A DNA stretch of 45,375 nt from a virus. The DNA lies in IMG/VR virus record IMGVR_UViG_3300002920_000062, positions 134,123-179,497 of that record; one strand, given 5' to 3'. The position numbers and the translations under genes were made by a program. Below the pieces are notes generated by a model. The model was given only the letters and a program-made list of their open reading frames with translations. It ran no database searches and was not told the origin of the DNA. Shown in pieces: positions 10,095 through 20,176 of this stretch (its first letter is position 1; every line of letters starts with the position of its first letter).

Positions 10095-10310
10095 TTACCA
10101 ATCATAAACGACAAGCAAACTTAACAGAAGTTGGGAGCACTTGAGACTATTAGGAAATGAAACTATTAGTAAGGCAAGAAAAGGAAAATACTAGCAGTTG
10201 AACATTCTAGTAGGCATCGGTGGTACAACAACGGTGTACAAAATGTAAGAGTTACTAACGAAGCAGAATTTTGTAAAAATAACACAGAATATGTATTAGG
10301 AAGAACATAA
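10095..10310 (+). pseudogene. Relic of NUMOD-type homing endonuclease between the nrdA halves
   Basis: Fragments ETISKARKGK and HRWYNNGVQNVRV...EYVLGRT* (stop 10308-10310); no intact ORF. Confidence 0.6.
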
Positions 10311-10312
10311 GT

Positions 10313-11398
10313 ATGATTAAAATTAAAAAAATTGAAGTAGAGCCCACAGATGTATATGACTTATCTGTCCCTGAAACAGAGTGTTTCTTTGCTGATAACA
10401 TATTAGTTCATAATTGTGAAATTCTTCTCCCCACCAAGCCTTTCAAACGCCTTGAAGATCCTACTGGGAGAATTTCTCTCTGTACACTGGGAAGTATAAA
10501 CTGGGGAGCATTTAGAAACCCAGAAGATATGCGTAGAGCATGTCGTATTCTATTGCGCAGTTTGAATAACATTCTTGACTATCAGGATTACTTGAGCATA
10601 CAAAGCAAGTTGTCCAATGAGGAAATTAGACCAATAGGAATTGGGGTTACTAACTTGGCGTATTGGCATGCCAAGCGAGGCCTCAAATATGGGGAAAAAG
10701 AAGCCCTTCAAGAAGTCAACACTTGGGCAGAACACCAGACTTACTATCTGATGGAAGCTAATGTAGAACTTGCTAAGGAACGTGGCAAGTGTTTGGACAG
10801 TGACAAGACTCGGTATGGTCAGGGTAAGTTTTGTTGGGAACTTCGCAGTCAGGGTGTTGATGAGTTGATAAACTTTGAGACTGAACTTGATTGGGAAACT
10901 CTTAGAAAAGAAATGCTTACATACGGGGTAAGAAACGCTACTGTCGGTGCTATTGCCCCTGTTGAATCAAGTAGCGTTGTTATAAATTCTACAAACGGTA
11001 TTGCTATTCCCATGAGCTTGATAAGCGTTAAGGAAAGTAAAGCTGGCTCCTTCGTTCAAGTTGTTCCAGATTATCATATTCCTAGAATTAGAAAAAACTA
11101 CCAGTTACTATGGGAAACTGACTGTGTAGATTATCTGAAGACCGCCGCAGTACTGGCAGCTTGGATGGATCAGTCAATTAGTACCGACACTTTCTATAAC
11201 CCTGCCCACTTTCCTGATAGAAAGGTTCCTACTACACTTGTTGCTAAAAACATAATGTTGGCACACAAGTGGGGACTTAAGACAATATATTACTCCTTGC
11301 TCAATAAAAAAGGAGCTAAACTTGAAGAAGACGAAATTTCTGAATTACCAACAGACGACATTGAAGATGATTCAGATTGCGAGGCATGTAAGCTTTAA
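10313..11398 (+). CDS. nrdA: Split-intein IntC (34 aa) fused to NrdA C-terminal fragment
   Basis: MIKIKK...VYDLSV...FFADNILVHN then CEILLP; CTLGSINW, APVESSS, DQSIS, KTIYY, terminal CEACKL. Confidence 0.95.
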   Translation: MIKIKKIEVEPTDVYDLSVPETECFFADNILVHNCEILLPTKPFKRLEDPTGRISLCTLGSINWGAFRNPEDMRRACRILLRSLNNILDYQDYLSIQSKLSNEEIRPIGIGVTNLAYWHAKRGLKYGEKEALQEVNTWAEHQTYYLMEANVELAKERGKCLDSDKTRYGQGKFCWELRSQGVDELINFETELDWETLRKEMLTYGVRNATVGAIAPVESSSVVINSTNGIAIPMSLISVKESKAGSFVQVVPDYHIPRIRKNYQLLWETDCVDYLKTAAVLAAWMDQSISTDTFYNPAHFPDRKVPTTLVAKNIMLAHKWGLKTIYYSLLNKKGAKLEEDEISELPTDDIEDDSDCEACKL

Positions 11399-11441
11399 TT
11401 ATTAAATAATAACATAATGTTATTAAATGATAAATAAAAGC

Positions 11442-12147
11442 ATGTACTACAAAAAAATACTATGATTTATTAATGAGTAGAAGCAAGAATCGAATTATTA
11501 CTGGTTATACTGAAAAACATCATATTATTACGAAATGTCTGGACGAGCACGGATAATAGTAGCAATATTGCGATTCTTACCCTAGAAGAACATTATTTGG
11601 CACACTTACTATTGGTAAAATGTATCCAAAAAATACACCATTAGTTAATGCGGCTGTTATAATGACTACCCATCATACTGATAAAAGAGTAAATAACAAG
11701 CTACATAGATGGTTAAGGAAAAGAGCATCTGAGGCAGCAAAAGAGAGAAAAAAGAAAAACGGACACTCAAAAGGTATGGTAAGAAAACAACACACATCCG
11801 AATCTAACGCAAGACGGGCGAAAACTTGTCGATACATTATGACAGAAGCGAAGGGGGTTCCTGTCTTCATATATAACACGGATAGAACTTTCCATAAAGA
11901 ATTTAAAACTATAACAGATTGCGCCAAATATTTAGGAACTGCTCCTTCTAATGTAAAATACACAGCCGAAGATAGGTTTGGATATTGTAAAGGTAAAATG
12001 ATAAGATATCAACAACACGAAACTATCGCTTTATATAAAAAGCCGAAGCATCCTCTTATTGGAAGAATACGTTCTCCTGAACATTGTGCTAATATAAGTC
12101 GGGCCAAAAAAGGTAAAACACACAAACAAAAGGACAACCCTGAATAA
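11442..12147 (+). pseudogene. Frameshifted HNH homing endonuclease with NUMOD1/NUMOD3-like C-terminus
   Basis: Broken frames give YTEKHHII..C, NIAILTLEEHYLAHLLLVK; the 11620-12147 ORF has only the DNA-binding part (FKTITDCAKYLG, RSPEHCANISRAKKGK). Confidence 0.75.
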
Positions 12148-12809
12148 TGTTAGAAACTATTTGCGATATTATGGTAGATGCTTACCAAAGAAACTGGATC
12201 ACTAGTCGTGATGGAAATGTAAGTTTACGACACCATGACCGTGACCACTTCTATATTACCCCAAGTGGTGTCAGAAAGCAAACATTACAACCCGACCAGT
12301 TCAAAAAGATTAAAATTCTTAATGACGGTGAATCTTGGGAAGAAATGGAATACACTGACATTAGTAAAAATCTAAAACCAAGCGGTGAAATCCCCCTACA
12401 CTTTGCACTTCAAAAGAAATTGGGCACTAATGGCAAAGACACTAGAGTAGTAGTACATGTTCATCCTACCTACTGTATAGCAGCAATGCACGCCAACATT
12501 GACTTGTCAAAGCTAGTTCTAGAGTTCCCGGAACTTGGTAGGTATACTAAAGTAGCTAAGAATGTTGGCGTTGTACCCCCAATCTCTCAAGCATTAGCCG
12601 ATCAAACAGTAAAAAAGCTAGGTTTAACTGAAGAAGGTGACCTTGACTTTGATATTGTGGGAATCAAAGGACATGGTGTCGTAGCAATTGATTCAACACC
12701 CTGGCGAGCATATGAGCATATTGAGAGACTCAATCATATCTGTAAGATTGTTTTAGCAAGCAAAGCAGCACATCAGCCATGCAAATGTGGCGGAACTAAA
12801 GGATTTTAA
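12147..12809 (+). CDS. Class II aldolase/adducin family protein
   Basis: DGNVSLR, YITPSG, KPSGEIPLH, VVHVHP, KGHGVV metal-binding motifs. Confidence 0.9.
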   Translation: MLETICDIMVDAYQRNWITSRDGNVSLRHHDRDHFYITPSGVRKQTLQPDQFKKIKILNDGESWEEMEYTDISKNLKPSGEIPLHFALQKKLGTNGKDTRVVVHVHPTYCIAAMHANIDLSKLVLEFPELGRYTKVAKNVGVVPPISQALADQTVKKLGLTEEGDLDFDIVGIKGHGVVAIDSTPWRAYEHIERLNHICKIVLASKAAHQPCKCGGTKGF

Positions 12810-12821
12810 GGGAGTGAATAA

Positions 12822-13922
12822 ATGTCTAAAGCACAATATAATTTATCAAACAAAACTGACTATCTAAACAGAAAAATGTTTCTTGATCCCGCCGGGCCAG
12901 TAACTATCCAGCGTTTTGAGGAAGTAAAATATCAAAAGTTACAGAAGTTTGAAACTACTGCTAGGGGTTTCTTTTGGGTTCCTGAAGAAATAAACCTAAC
13001 CAAAGATTCAAGTGATATGAAAGAAGCCTCTGATGCTGTCAAGCATATTTTTACCAGCAACATTCTTAGACAAACTGCACTTGATAGCCTGCAAGGACGA
13101 GCCCCGGCGCAGGTATTCACTCCTGTATGTTCTATCCCAGAACTTGAAGCAATAATGAGTAATTGGTCGTTCTTTGAAACTAACATTCACTCACGCTCTT
13201 ATAGCCATATCATACGCAATATTTATAATGTACCCAAAGAAGTGTTTAATACGATCCACGACACTAAAGAAATTATTGACATGGCTTCAAGCGTGGGTGA
13301 ATACTACGATAAGTTACACGAGGTTAATTGTAGGAAAGAGTTAGGAATAGATGTAGATGAGCAGGAACATATCAATACAATTTATTTGGCTTTACATGCT
13401 AGCTATGCTCTTGAAGCACTTCGCTTTATGGTGTCATTTGCTACTAGTTTGGCAATGGTTGAGAACAAGATATTTATGGGCAATGGCGCAATTATCAGCC
13501 TCATCCTTCAAGACGAATTATTACATAAAGAATGGACTGCATGGATTATCAATCAAGCAGTCAAGGAAGATCCCCGCTTCGCAGTAGCTAAGATAATGTG
13601 TGAAGATGAGGTAATAAAGATTTATCATGATGTTATTCGTGAAGAAAAAGAGTGGGCACAATATTTGTTCAAAAAGGGCCCAGTCATTGGTCTTAATGTG
13701 AACATCTTGTGTGATTTTGTTGATTACACTGCACAAGAATCGTTGAAGGCAGTCGGCATTAAATATTGGAATCCTGCACCAAAGAGCACACCGATTCCCT
13801 GGTTCAACAAACATGCTGATACTTCCAAGAAGCAAACAGCACTTCAGGAAGCAGAATCAACCAATTATGTAATTGGTGTATTATCTGACGATCTAGATTA
13901 TGATGCATTGCCAGAAATTTAA
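12822..13922 (+). CDS. nrdB: Ribonucleotide reductase class Ia beta subunit
   Basis: FFWVPEEI, LDSLQGR, ETNIHSRSY, EALRFMVSF, DELLH, QEAESTNY. Confidence 0.97.
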   Translation: MSKAQYNLSNKTDYLNRKMFLDPAGPVTIQRFEEVKYQKLQKFETTARGFFWVPEEINLTKDSSDMKEASDAVKHIFTSNILRQTALDSLQGRAPAQVFTPVCSIPELEAIMSNWSFFETNIHSRSYSHIIRNIYNVPKEVFNTIHDTKEIIDMASSVGEYYDKLHEVNCRKELGIDVDEQEHINTIYLALHASYALEALRFMVSFATSLAMVENKIFMGNGAIISLILQDELLHKEWTAWIINQAVKEDPRFAVAKIMCEDEVIKIYHDVIREEKEWAQYLFKKGPVIGLNVNILCDFVDYTAQESLKAVGIKYWNPAPKSTPIPWFNKHADTSKKQTALQEAESTNYVIGVLSDDLDYDALPEI

Positions 13923-13989
13923 AGAAAATAAAATGGCAAATTTAGTATTCAGAATCCATTGAACTTGAAATAAGAAAGGTAGACAAAAA

Positions 13990-14220
13990 ATGAAAGCAAT
14001 AGTTTGGTCTCGTGATGCTTGTCCTTATTGTGTGAGTGCAATAAGACTACTTGAAAGCAAGGGCATTGAATATGAAGAAAGAAAAATTAGTGACAAGTAT
14101 ACTAAAGAAGATTTATTAGCATTAGTACCTGACGCAAAAACATTACCTCAGATATTTTTAGGAGAAGAATATATAGGTGGATACGATAAACTAAAAGAAA
14201 AACTAAAAGGACACAATTAA
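13990..14220 (+). CDS. Glutaredoxin
   Basis: CPYC active site, TLPQIF, YIGGY; follows nrdB. Confidence 0.95.
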   Translation: MKAIVWSRDACPYCVSAIRLLESKGIEYEERKISDKYTKEDLLALVPDAKTLPQIFLGEEYIGGYDKLKEKLKGHN

Positions 14221-14265
14221 GACAATTTAGATTGATTTTAGATTATCTAGGATGATTTTTTATTT

Positions 14266-14296
14266 CCGCCTCCTATAAGAGGCGGGTATACTTTTG
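14266..14296 (+). terminator. Probable terminator hairpin after nrd operon
   Basis: CCGCCTC-ctataa-GAGGCGG stem-loop with TTTT shortly downstream. Confidence 0.55.
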
Positions 14297-14498
14297 GGAC
14301 GACCTTTCTATATATCAGGTTCTTTATTATTGAATATATAACCTGCCCCTTTTCTTTATTGTATGGAGTTTTTTGTCACTTTTTCTTAGATAATCGTGTA
14401 TGTAATAAATATTCATGCTGATGTTTTTTGATAGCATCAGGATAGTTGGGAGTTTATTAGCCGCGAACTACACTAATAGTTACCAATAAGGAAACAAA

Positions 14499-14795
14499 AT
14501 GAATACGGCATATGAGATAATGGTATTAAAATTAACCTCGGGAGAAGAGCTAATAGCAAGAGTAATTGCAGACGAAATGATGAGGTTTGTGGTAATGCAC
14601 CCTCTATCCATTGTACCAGGTAATAACGGCGTTGGATTAATGCCCAGTATATTTACCGCCGATGAAAACAAGGAAGTGATAATTAACAAGAATAATATTA
14701 CTATGACTGCAATCCCTCGTGAAGAAGTCAGAACTAAATATATCGAAATGATTTCAAATATTGTTATCCCTGAGAAAAAAATCTTATTAGGTTAA
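14499..14795 (+). CDS. Hypothetical protein, Sm-like fold typical of T4-like phages
   Basis: VLKLTSGEELIARV start, beta-rich, C-terminal IVIPEKKILLG. Confidence 0.6.
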   Translation: MNTAYEIMVLKLTSGEELIARVIADEMMRFVVMHPLSIVPGNNGVGLMPSIFTADENKEVIINKNNITMTAIPREEVRTKYIEMISNIVIPEKKILLG

Positions 14796-14940
14796 TATAT
14801 TTTTAAGTGGGCGCATGTTTACAAACTGATTGACTACTTATGCTAGCATTATGGTAGTTGAGATTGTCGCCTGTCAAGGATTATCTCTTACAACTACATT
14901 TTATCTTTCATAAATAAACAGAAAGAGATTTACCAAAACT

Positions 14941-15213
14941 ATGACAAAAAAACTAAGCAGAGTAGGTGACGCAAACGAAAAGGGCGGAAAAATAGTGACA
15001 GGGGCTAATACCGTCTTTGCAAATGGCAAGAAAGTGGGACTTCATAGAAGTGATATTACTCCTCACCCTAAAGATAACAAACATAAAAAAGCAAAGACTA
15101 CTGACGGTAGTCCAACTGTTTTTGCAGAGGGGAAACCTGTTCTAAGAGTGGGTTCGGGTAACACGTGCGGTCATAAAATTGTTGAAGGCTCTGATGATGT
15201 AAGAGTTCCTTAA
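14941..15213 (+). CDS. PAAR-repeat spike-tip protein
   Basis: SRVGD, TVFANGK, GSPTVFAEGKPVLRVG, TCGH, GSDDV. Confidence 0.9.
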   Translation: MTKKLSRVGDANEKGGKIVTGANTVFANGKKVGLHRSDITPHPKDNKHKKAKTTDGSPTVFAEGKPVLRVGSGNTCGHKIVEGSDDVRVP

Positions 15214-15222
15214 GGATACAGT

Positions 15223-18075
15223 ATGGCAGATTCACCTAAACAAACTCCCCTGGGTATCAATGTTATTAGTTCTTTACTTGACAATACCGGCTTGATAATC
15301 AATCCAATTGTTACTGAATATCTTGGAACAAGCAAAAACAATAGCATGTATACGCCGGGTAAGCTAGTGACTGAAACTTGCTTGAATACTCTAACCTACG
15401 CTATAAATGATGCATATACCCGAGCATTAGTTAGTAGTCCTACCTATCAAAATTTAATTACAATTGGCCAGGGAGTTTTACCAGCATTAGGAAACTCTCT
15501 TCCCCCTACTTATACTATTACAGATCCGTCAGGTAATTGGACCACCAAGGCTGTCAAATATGCAAAACAACTTGGGTTTGTTTCACCCTTACCTGGACCA
15601 GCAAACGTGGGTTATCCTATTAACTCAGACCAAGACCAGGGTCAAGCAGCCACTTGGCTTCCTTATGACAACACCAATCCTAACTTTTCTATAACACAAT
15701 GGGGATACTTGAGGCTTCATGCACTGCAAGCTTGGACAGAGTATAACTGGAATAACGAGGATCCATTAGGTCCAGTTGATTACACTGATTTGCTTTCTTC
15801 AATAATGACGGTAGATAATTATATACGTTATAATAACGAGGTTATACTAGCAACACAAAACTCCAAAAAATTCATGGATGGTGTCTATAGTAATATGGAC
15901 GATTTGATTACATCAGATTGTCTGGGAGTGAATTTAGCAAACAATTTATTTGGATATGACCTAGAGAATTTAGGCTATGCTCTCAACTTAGCAACTATTA
16001 CTACGTTTGGTTTTCCGTCCAACTTATTGAAGATATTGGGTGACAAAAATGCTATAATTCAGGACTTGGCCTTGTCCTTATTATTGACAGGTATGCAAGA
16101 TGTTGAAATTCAAGACTTGATATCAGGTAAGATTGAAACTCCTACTGTTCAACAAGAGCAGAATATTTACAAAGCATTTCAGAACATTACTGGTGAAAAT
16201 TTACAAGAAATATTGAACATCCTTGAGTGCAAAACACCTGGATTAACTAGTTTGGTTGATTTACTTGATGTTAAAAAGCTTTTACCAAATAGCTATTCTA
16301 CCTTGACAGTACCCAAATACAATGACACGTTGGGACTTCCTACAAACAGCAAAACATACTTCTTGGTATATGACGGTACAGAAATAAATGATGCAATTAT
16401 TACTGAAGCCATGAATGAGTATGTGGGTTGTCAAACACCAATCAGAACCCCGGCTGTAAATACAAACGAAACTACCGATATTGTTTCAAAAGTGAGGAAG
16501 GGCTTTGGGTCGCACCTATTGAACATTCTACCAAGAGCACAAGCAGTAGCGGCGGGGGCATTTACCTTCGCTCTAAGACAGATTAAAAACATTGACCGAG
16601 TTACTACTAAAGATTTTGCTAGAGCAGTAAGGTCATTAGAAACTACAAAAGACTTGACGCTAATAGCAGGAACTTCAAAACCAACAGATGATTATTCAAT
16701 CTTGAATACACAGAGCAAACAAGCATTAGGGTCAGGTCCATATGGATCTTACACTTTCTCAGATTTCTTTGGGTCAATGAGTGGTCTCCCGTATGCATGG
16801 GAAAAGATTTATGAAAATATTATTGCTCTAGAAAATTCAACTCTTAAAAATATATACAATCAACTTTATCTAGCAGTGACGTGGCAACAAGCTACAGCAA
16901 CAGTTCAAAGCACAGAAACTTCGCCCGGAGTTTGGCAAGTTGATAGTATTACTATCACCAATGCTGGCGGAGGATATGGGCGAGAAAACTCTATAACCAC
17001 AGCTACCGTTAATGGGACTCCTGTCACTGTAACAGTTGGCACAGATCCAACAAATTTGAACACTTATGGTAGAGTAATTGGTATTAGCATTCCAAGTGGC
17101 ACTTTTACTTCTTCACCTACTATAACAATCTCATCTCCCCCAGGTGGCGGTTTTCCTGCTATTAATACTGTCATTGATGGTTATATAACACAAGCTAATG
17201 CTGAGATAGTCAATATTGCTACAGCCAACCCTGAACGTACCAATTTATTGAACACATACTGGAACACATTGGGTAGTCAACTGACCATTGAACAGCGTTC
17301 ACGTTTCATAGCATTACAGCCGGTTGAAATTGTCAAGGATTTGTTTACCAATCTTTATCCATCAACCATCAATGTTTTTGTTGACACGATAGGAGAATTA
17401 GCGCAAGATACGTTGCCCCATATGGCTGCACAGACTATCGAGGCTATTTCGGACTTGACAAATATTGGCGGGCAAAGTATAGTAGGATTGATGCGTCAAG
17501 AAAGAAACAAAACAAGGCTTAAATCTGTTGGTTTAGACCAAGATAATAATATTCCTTCAAAATTAAGTGACATGGATACTAAAACATTGCTTACCAACAA
17601 CACAATTCCTGCAGGATTCAACAACGTAATCAATAGTCCATTAATTGATATCGTAAACAATAATCCTGGTCTTTATGGCAATGTGATGAACGGAGTCACA
17701 GGGTTCACTAACCCAAGCTGGCATAGGAATGTAGTTGATAATCAAGTTATCACTCCCGTCCCCAAGGGAAAATATATTCCTAGTGACACTAGAATTATCG
17801 GTGATTATCAAGTGGCTATCACTACAGCGCCCGGAGATATTTCTAGTATATTGAACGGAGAGGTAACTCCTATCGTAAATACTATTGTTCCGGCACAACT
17901 AGAGACAGAAGTGTTTAACCCGGTATCAATATCATTGCCATACGAGCTTGAAACAACCTTGAATGTCAACATGGATAATCGTTATACATCAGGCACATTG
18001 CTTCCGTCAGAATATAGTGCCACTCAAGCACTAGATAAGATCACTAACTGCAATTGTGATTGTTGGTCTCTTTAA
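15223..18075 (+). CDS. Large putative baseplate/tail structural protein (950 aa)
   Basis: Follows PAAR; T/N/P-rich with ITITNAGGGYG motif; C-terminal CNCDCW. Confidence 0.55.
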   Translation: MADSPKQTPLGINVISSLLDNTGLIINPIVTEYLGTSKNNSMYTPGKLVTETCLNTLTYAINDAYTRALVSSPTYQNLITIGQGVLPALGNSLPPTYTITDPSGNWTTKAVKYAKQLGFVSPLPGPANVGYPINSDQDQGQAATWLPYDNTNPNFSITQWGYLRLHALQAWTEYNWNNEDPLGPVDYTDLLSSIMTVDNYIRYNNEVILATQNSKKFMDGVYSNMDDLITSDCLGVNLANNLFGYDLENLGYALNLATITTFGFPSNLLKILGDKNAIIQDLALSLLLTGMQDVEIQDLISGKIETPTVQQEQNIYKAFQNITGENLQEILNILECKTPGLTSLVDLLDVKKLLPNSYSTLTVPKYNDTLGLPTNSKTYFLVYDGTEINDAIITEAMNEYVGCQTPIRTPAVNTNETTDIVSKVRKGFGSHLLNILPRAQAVAAGAFTFALRQIKNIDRVTTKDFARAVRSLETTKDLTLIAGTSKPTDDYSILNTQSKQALGSGPYGSYTFSDFFGSMSGLPYAWEKIYENIIALENSTLKNIYNQLYLAVTWQQATATVQSTETSPGVWQVDSITITNAGGGYGRENSITTATVNGTPVTVTVGTDPTNLNTYGRVIGISIPSGTFTSSPTITISSPPGGGFPAINTVIDGYITQANAEIVNIATANPERTNLLNTYWNTLGSQLTIEQRSRFIALQPVEIVKDLFTNLYPSTINVFVDTIGELAQDTLPHMAAQTIEAISDLTNIGGQSIVGLMRQERNKTRLKSVGLDQDNNIPSKLSDMDTKTLLTNNTIPAGFNNVINSPLIDIVNNNPGLYGNVMNGVTGFTNPSWHRNVVDNQVITPVPKGKYIPSDTRIIGDYQVAITTAPGDISSILNGEVTPIVNTIVPAQLETEVFNPVSISLPYELETTLNVNMDNRYTSGTLLPSEYSATQALDKITNCNCDCWSL

Positions 18076-18150
18076 ACCCAATTATCTTGTAATTGTTTTC
18101 ACTTAGTGTTACTAAGGAATAGTTTTTCACAACAAGCAAGGACCTTTTCA

Positions 18151-19179
18151 ATGAACATCCTGATTAAGAACGGCATTTATCGCAATATCCCTATCAATAA
18201 CGTTCAATTTAGAATGATTGAAGGACCAAAGCAGGGTAAGAAGGGCCTGTATGTAACGGTAGAGAATCATATGTTTAGTCAAGCAAGTGACAGAATTAGG
18301 GTCAAGCTGAACACAGTTGAAGATATCGTATTCACCAGTCAAGAAGATACCGGAGAAAATACCATTCAAGAAAAGATTGTTGAAGAAACCGACGAAGAGG
18401 CAATGAACCGTATTGCTACTCGCTTTCAGATTCTTGATCAAATGAGTAAGGCTTGTATCCAGGGTGATATTAAGGGACTTATCGTATCAGGCCCCCCCGG
18501 CGTTGGTAAGAGCTTTGGTGTAGAAAAGCAGCTTGAGAAAAGTTCTATTTTGGATGTCATTGCAGAAAAAAAGCTTCGCTATGAGGTGGTTAAGGGGGCA
18601 ACCACAGCACTTGGGCTATATGCTAAACTCTACGAATATTCCGACCCCACTAATGTCTTGGTATTTGACGATTGTGACTCAGTTTTCTTTGACGATCTAG
18701 CTCTTAACATCCTTAAGGCGGCACTGGACTCATCTAATAACCGAAAGATTTGCTGGAACTCTGACTCTAGGATGTTGAAGAAAGAGGGAATTCCTAACTC
18801 ATTTGTCTTCCGAGGTTCGGTAATCTTTATCACCAATTTGAAGTTTAGCAACGTTAAAAGCAAGAAGCTACAGGATCACTTGGAAGCAATTGAATCACGT
18901 TGTCACTTTTTGGATTTGACAATTGATACAGAACGCGATAAGATTTTGAGAGTAAGGCAAATTCATAGGGATACTCCGGGTGGGTTGTTTGAGTCATACA
19001 GATTCAATAACAATGAAGACCAACTAGTTCTGGACTTCATGGAACAGAACCAAAAGAAACTTCGTGAAGTCTCAATCAGAATGGCACTTAAGTTGGCAGA
19101 CCTAATCAAGGTTAATCCCAAAGACTGGAAGAATCTAGCAGTCAATACCTGTATGAGGAGAGGGAAGGTTGCAGTATAA
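18151..19179 (+). CDS. AAA+ ATPase
   Basis: Walker A GPPGVGKS, Walker B VLVFDDCD, sensor IFITN, ESRC arginine finger; ATG 18151 preceded by AAGGA. Confidence 0.85.
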   Translation: MNILIKNGIYRNIPINNVQFRMIEGPKQGKKGLYVTVENHMFSQASDRIRVKLNTVEDIVFTSQEDTGENTIQEKIVEETDEEAMNRIATRFQILDQMSKACIQGDIKGLIVSGPPGVGKSFGVEKQLEKSSILDVIAEKKLRYEVVKGATTALGLYAKLYEYSDPTNVLVFDDCDSVFFDDLALNILKAALDSSNNRKICWNSDSRMLKKEGIPNSFVFRGSVIFITNLKFSNVKSKKLQDHLEAIESRCHFLDLTIDTERDKILRVRQIHRDTPGGLFESYRFNNNEDQLVLDFMEQNQKKLREVSIRMALKLADLIKVNPKDWKNLAVNTCMRRGKVAV

Positions 19180-20176
19180 AGAAGAAATTCTGAGTAAGTT
19201 CCTGGATGGTTCTATCAGCCTAAGTAAGATTGACTATAGGTTCTTCAATAATTTGCAAATTACCTTCAACAAGGGCACGGGAATTACTACCAACCAAGCA
19301 TCATTATTTGACAGGTTAATCAATAAGTATGCCAGACAACTAAGAAAGAATGGTATTGACGTAGAGAAGTCGCTACAACTTTCTTGGAACGGTAAAGTTA
19401 TACCTAGCAATCGTGAGTTTACCTCAGCAAGAATTACAGTTGAAAATAATGACACTCTTGTGTTGAAAGTTCCCTTCAATAACAAGTTCATTCGTGCGTT
19501 TAACCAAAATCCCGGGTGCATTAAATACGACAAGGAGCGACGAGCATACACAGCTACATTCACTACACATAATTTAAAAAAAATGCTGGATATAGTTAAT
19601 CAACACTTTACTTGTTTGGATTTGTGTGATGAGATCAGCAACATTATAACTGACTTGAAGCAATATGAAGCTGCCTACCACGACCCGACACTTGTTGAAA
19701 TCAACGGTAGATTAGTTATTGTAGCCGTCAATCAAGCCCTTGGTGTACATTTAGAGAACATCATTATTGAAAAGACACCAGAATGTTTTGAGAAGTTGTT
19801 GGACTATGGCATTACTATTGACAAGTCAGTCTGGGGTAACGATGAGAAACTAAAGTTTGCTGGTAGCAGAGTATATGAGCTTAACAACTCTAACCTTAAG
19901 GAAGTTGTAGACTATTTAGATGATTTGGGATATGATGGATATGTAATACCAAATTTATCCAGTAGAATGAAAATTTCTGCTGCTTTGGTAAACCAATTTG
20001 AAGTTTCTAACTCTAATCTAGTCTCATTCAGTGCTACTTGGCAAAAGGCTACTGATAGCACTAAGCTTGTGATATTTACACCCAACGAGAGGATATCACA
20101 AAGCTTTGTAGAACAATCTAGAGCCTTCAAGAAAATTATAATTATGAAAGATTCAAGTAGAGTTGAAGTAAAATGA
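19169..20176 (+). CDS. Hypothetical protein
   Basis: 335-aa ORF overlapping both neighbours. Confidence 0.7.
   Translation: MQYKEEILSKFLDGSISLSKIDYRFFNNLQITFNKGTGITTNQASLFDRLINKYARQLRKNGIDVEKSLQLSWNGKVIPSNREFTSARITVENNDTLVLKVPFNNKFIRAFNQNPGCIKYDKERRAYTATFTTHNLKKMLDIVNQHFTCLDLCDEISNIITDLKQYEAAYHDPTLVEINGRLVIVAVNQALGVHLENIIIEKTPECFEKLLDYGITIDKSVWGNDEKLKFAGSRVYELNNSNLKEVVDYLDDLGYDGYVIPNLSSRMKISAALVNQFEVSNSNLVSFSATWQKATDSTKLVIFTPNERISQSFVEQSRAFKKIIIMKDSSRVEVK

Noticed and set aside
10092-10312. Group I intron or programmed frameshift joining the nrdA halves
   Set aside because: Both halves carry complete complementary intein motifs and the second starts with a typical IntC (MIKIKK); no group I core was recognisable
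14221-14498. tRNA gene in the intergenic region
   Set aside because: No cloverleaf or T-loop consensus seen here or in other gaps
18151-19179. Calling the AAA+ ATPase the gp44 clamp-loader large subunit
   Set aside because: An SRC motif is present, but the RFC-box N-terminus (KYRP) is absent and the gene is not adjacent to the gp62-like gene
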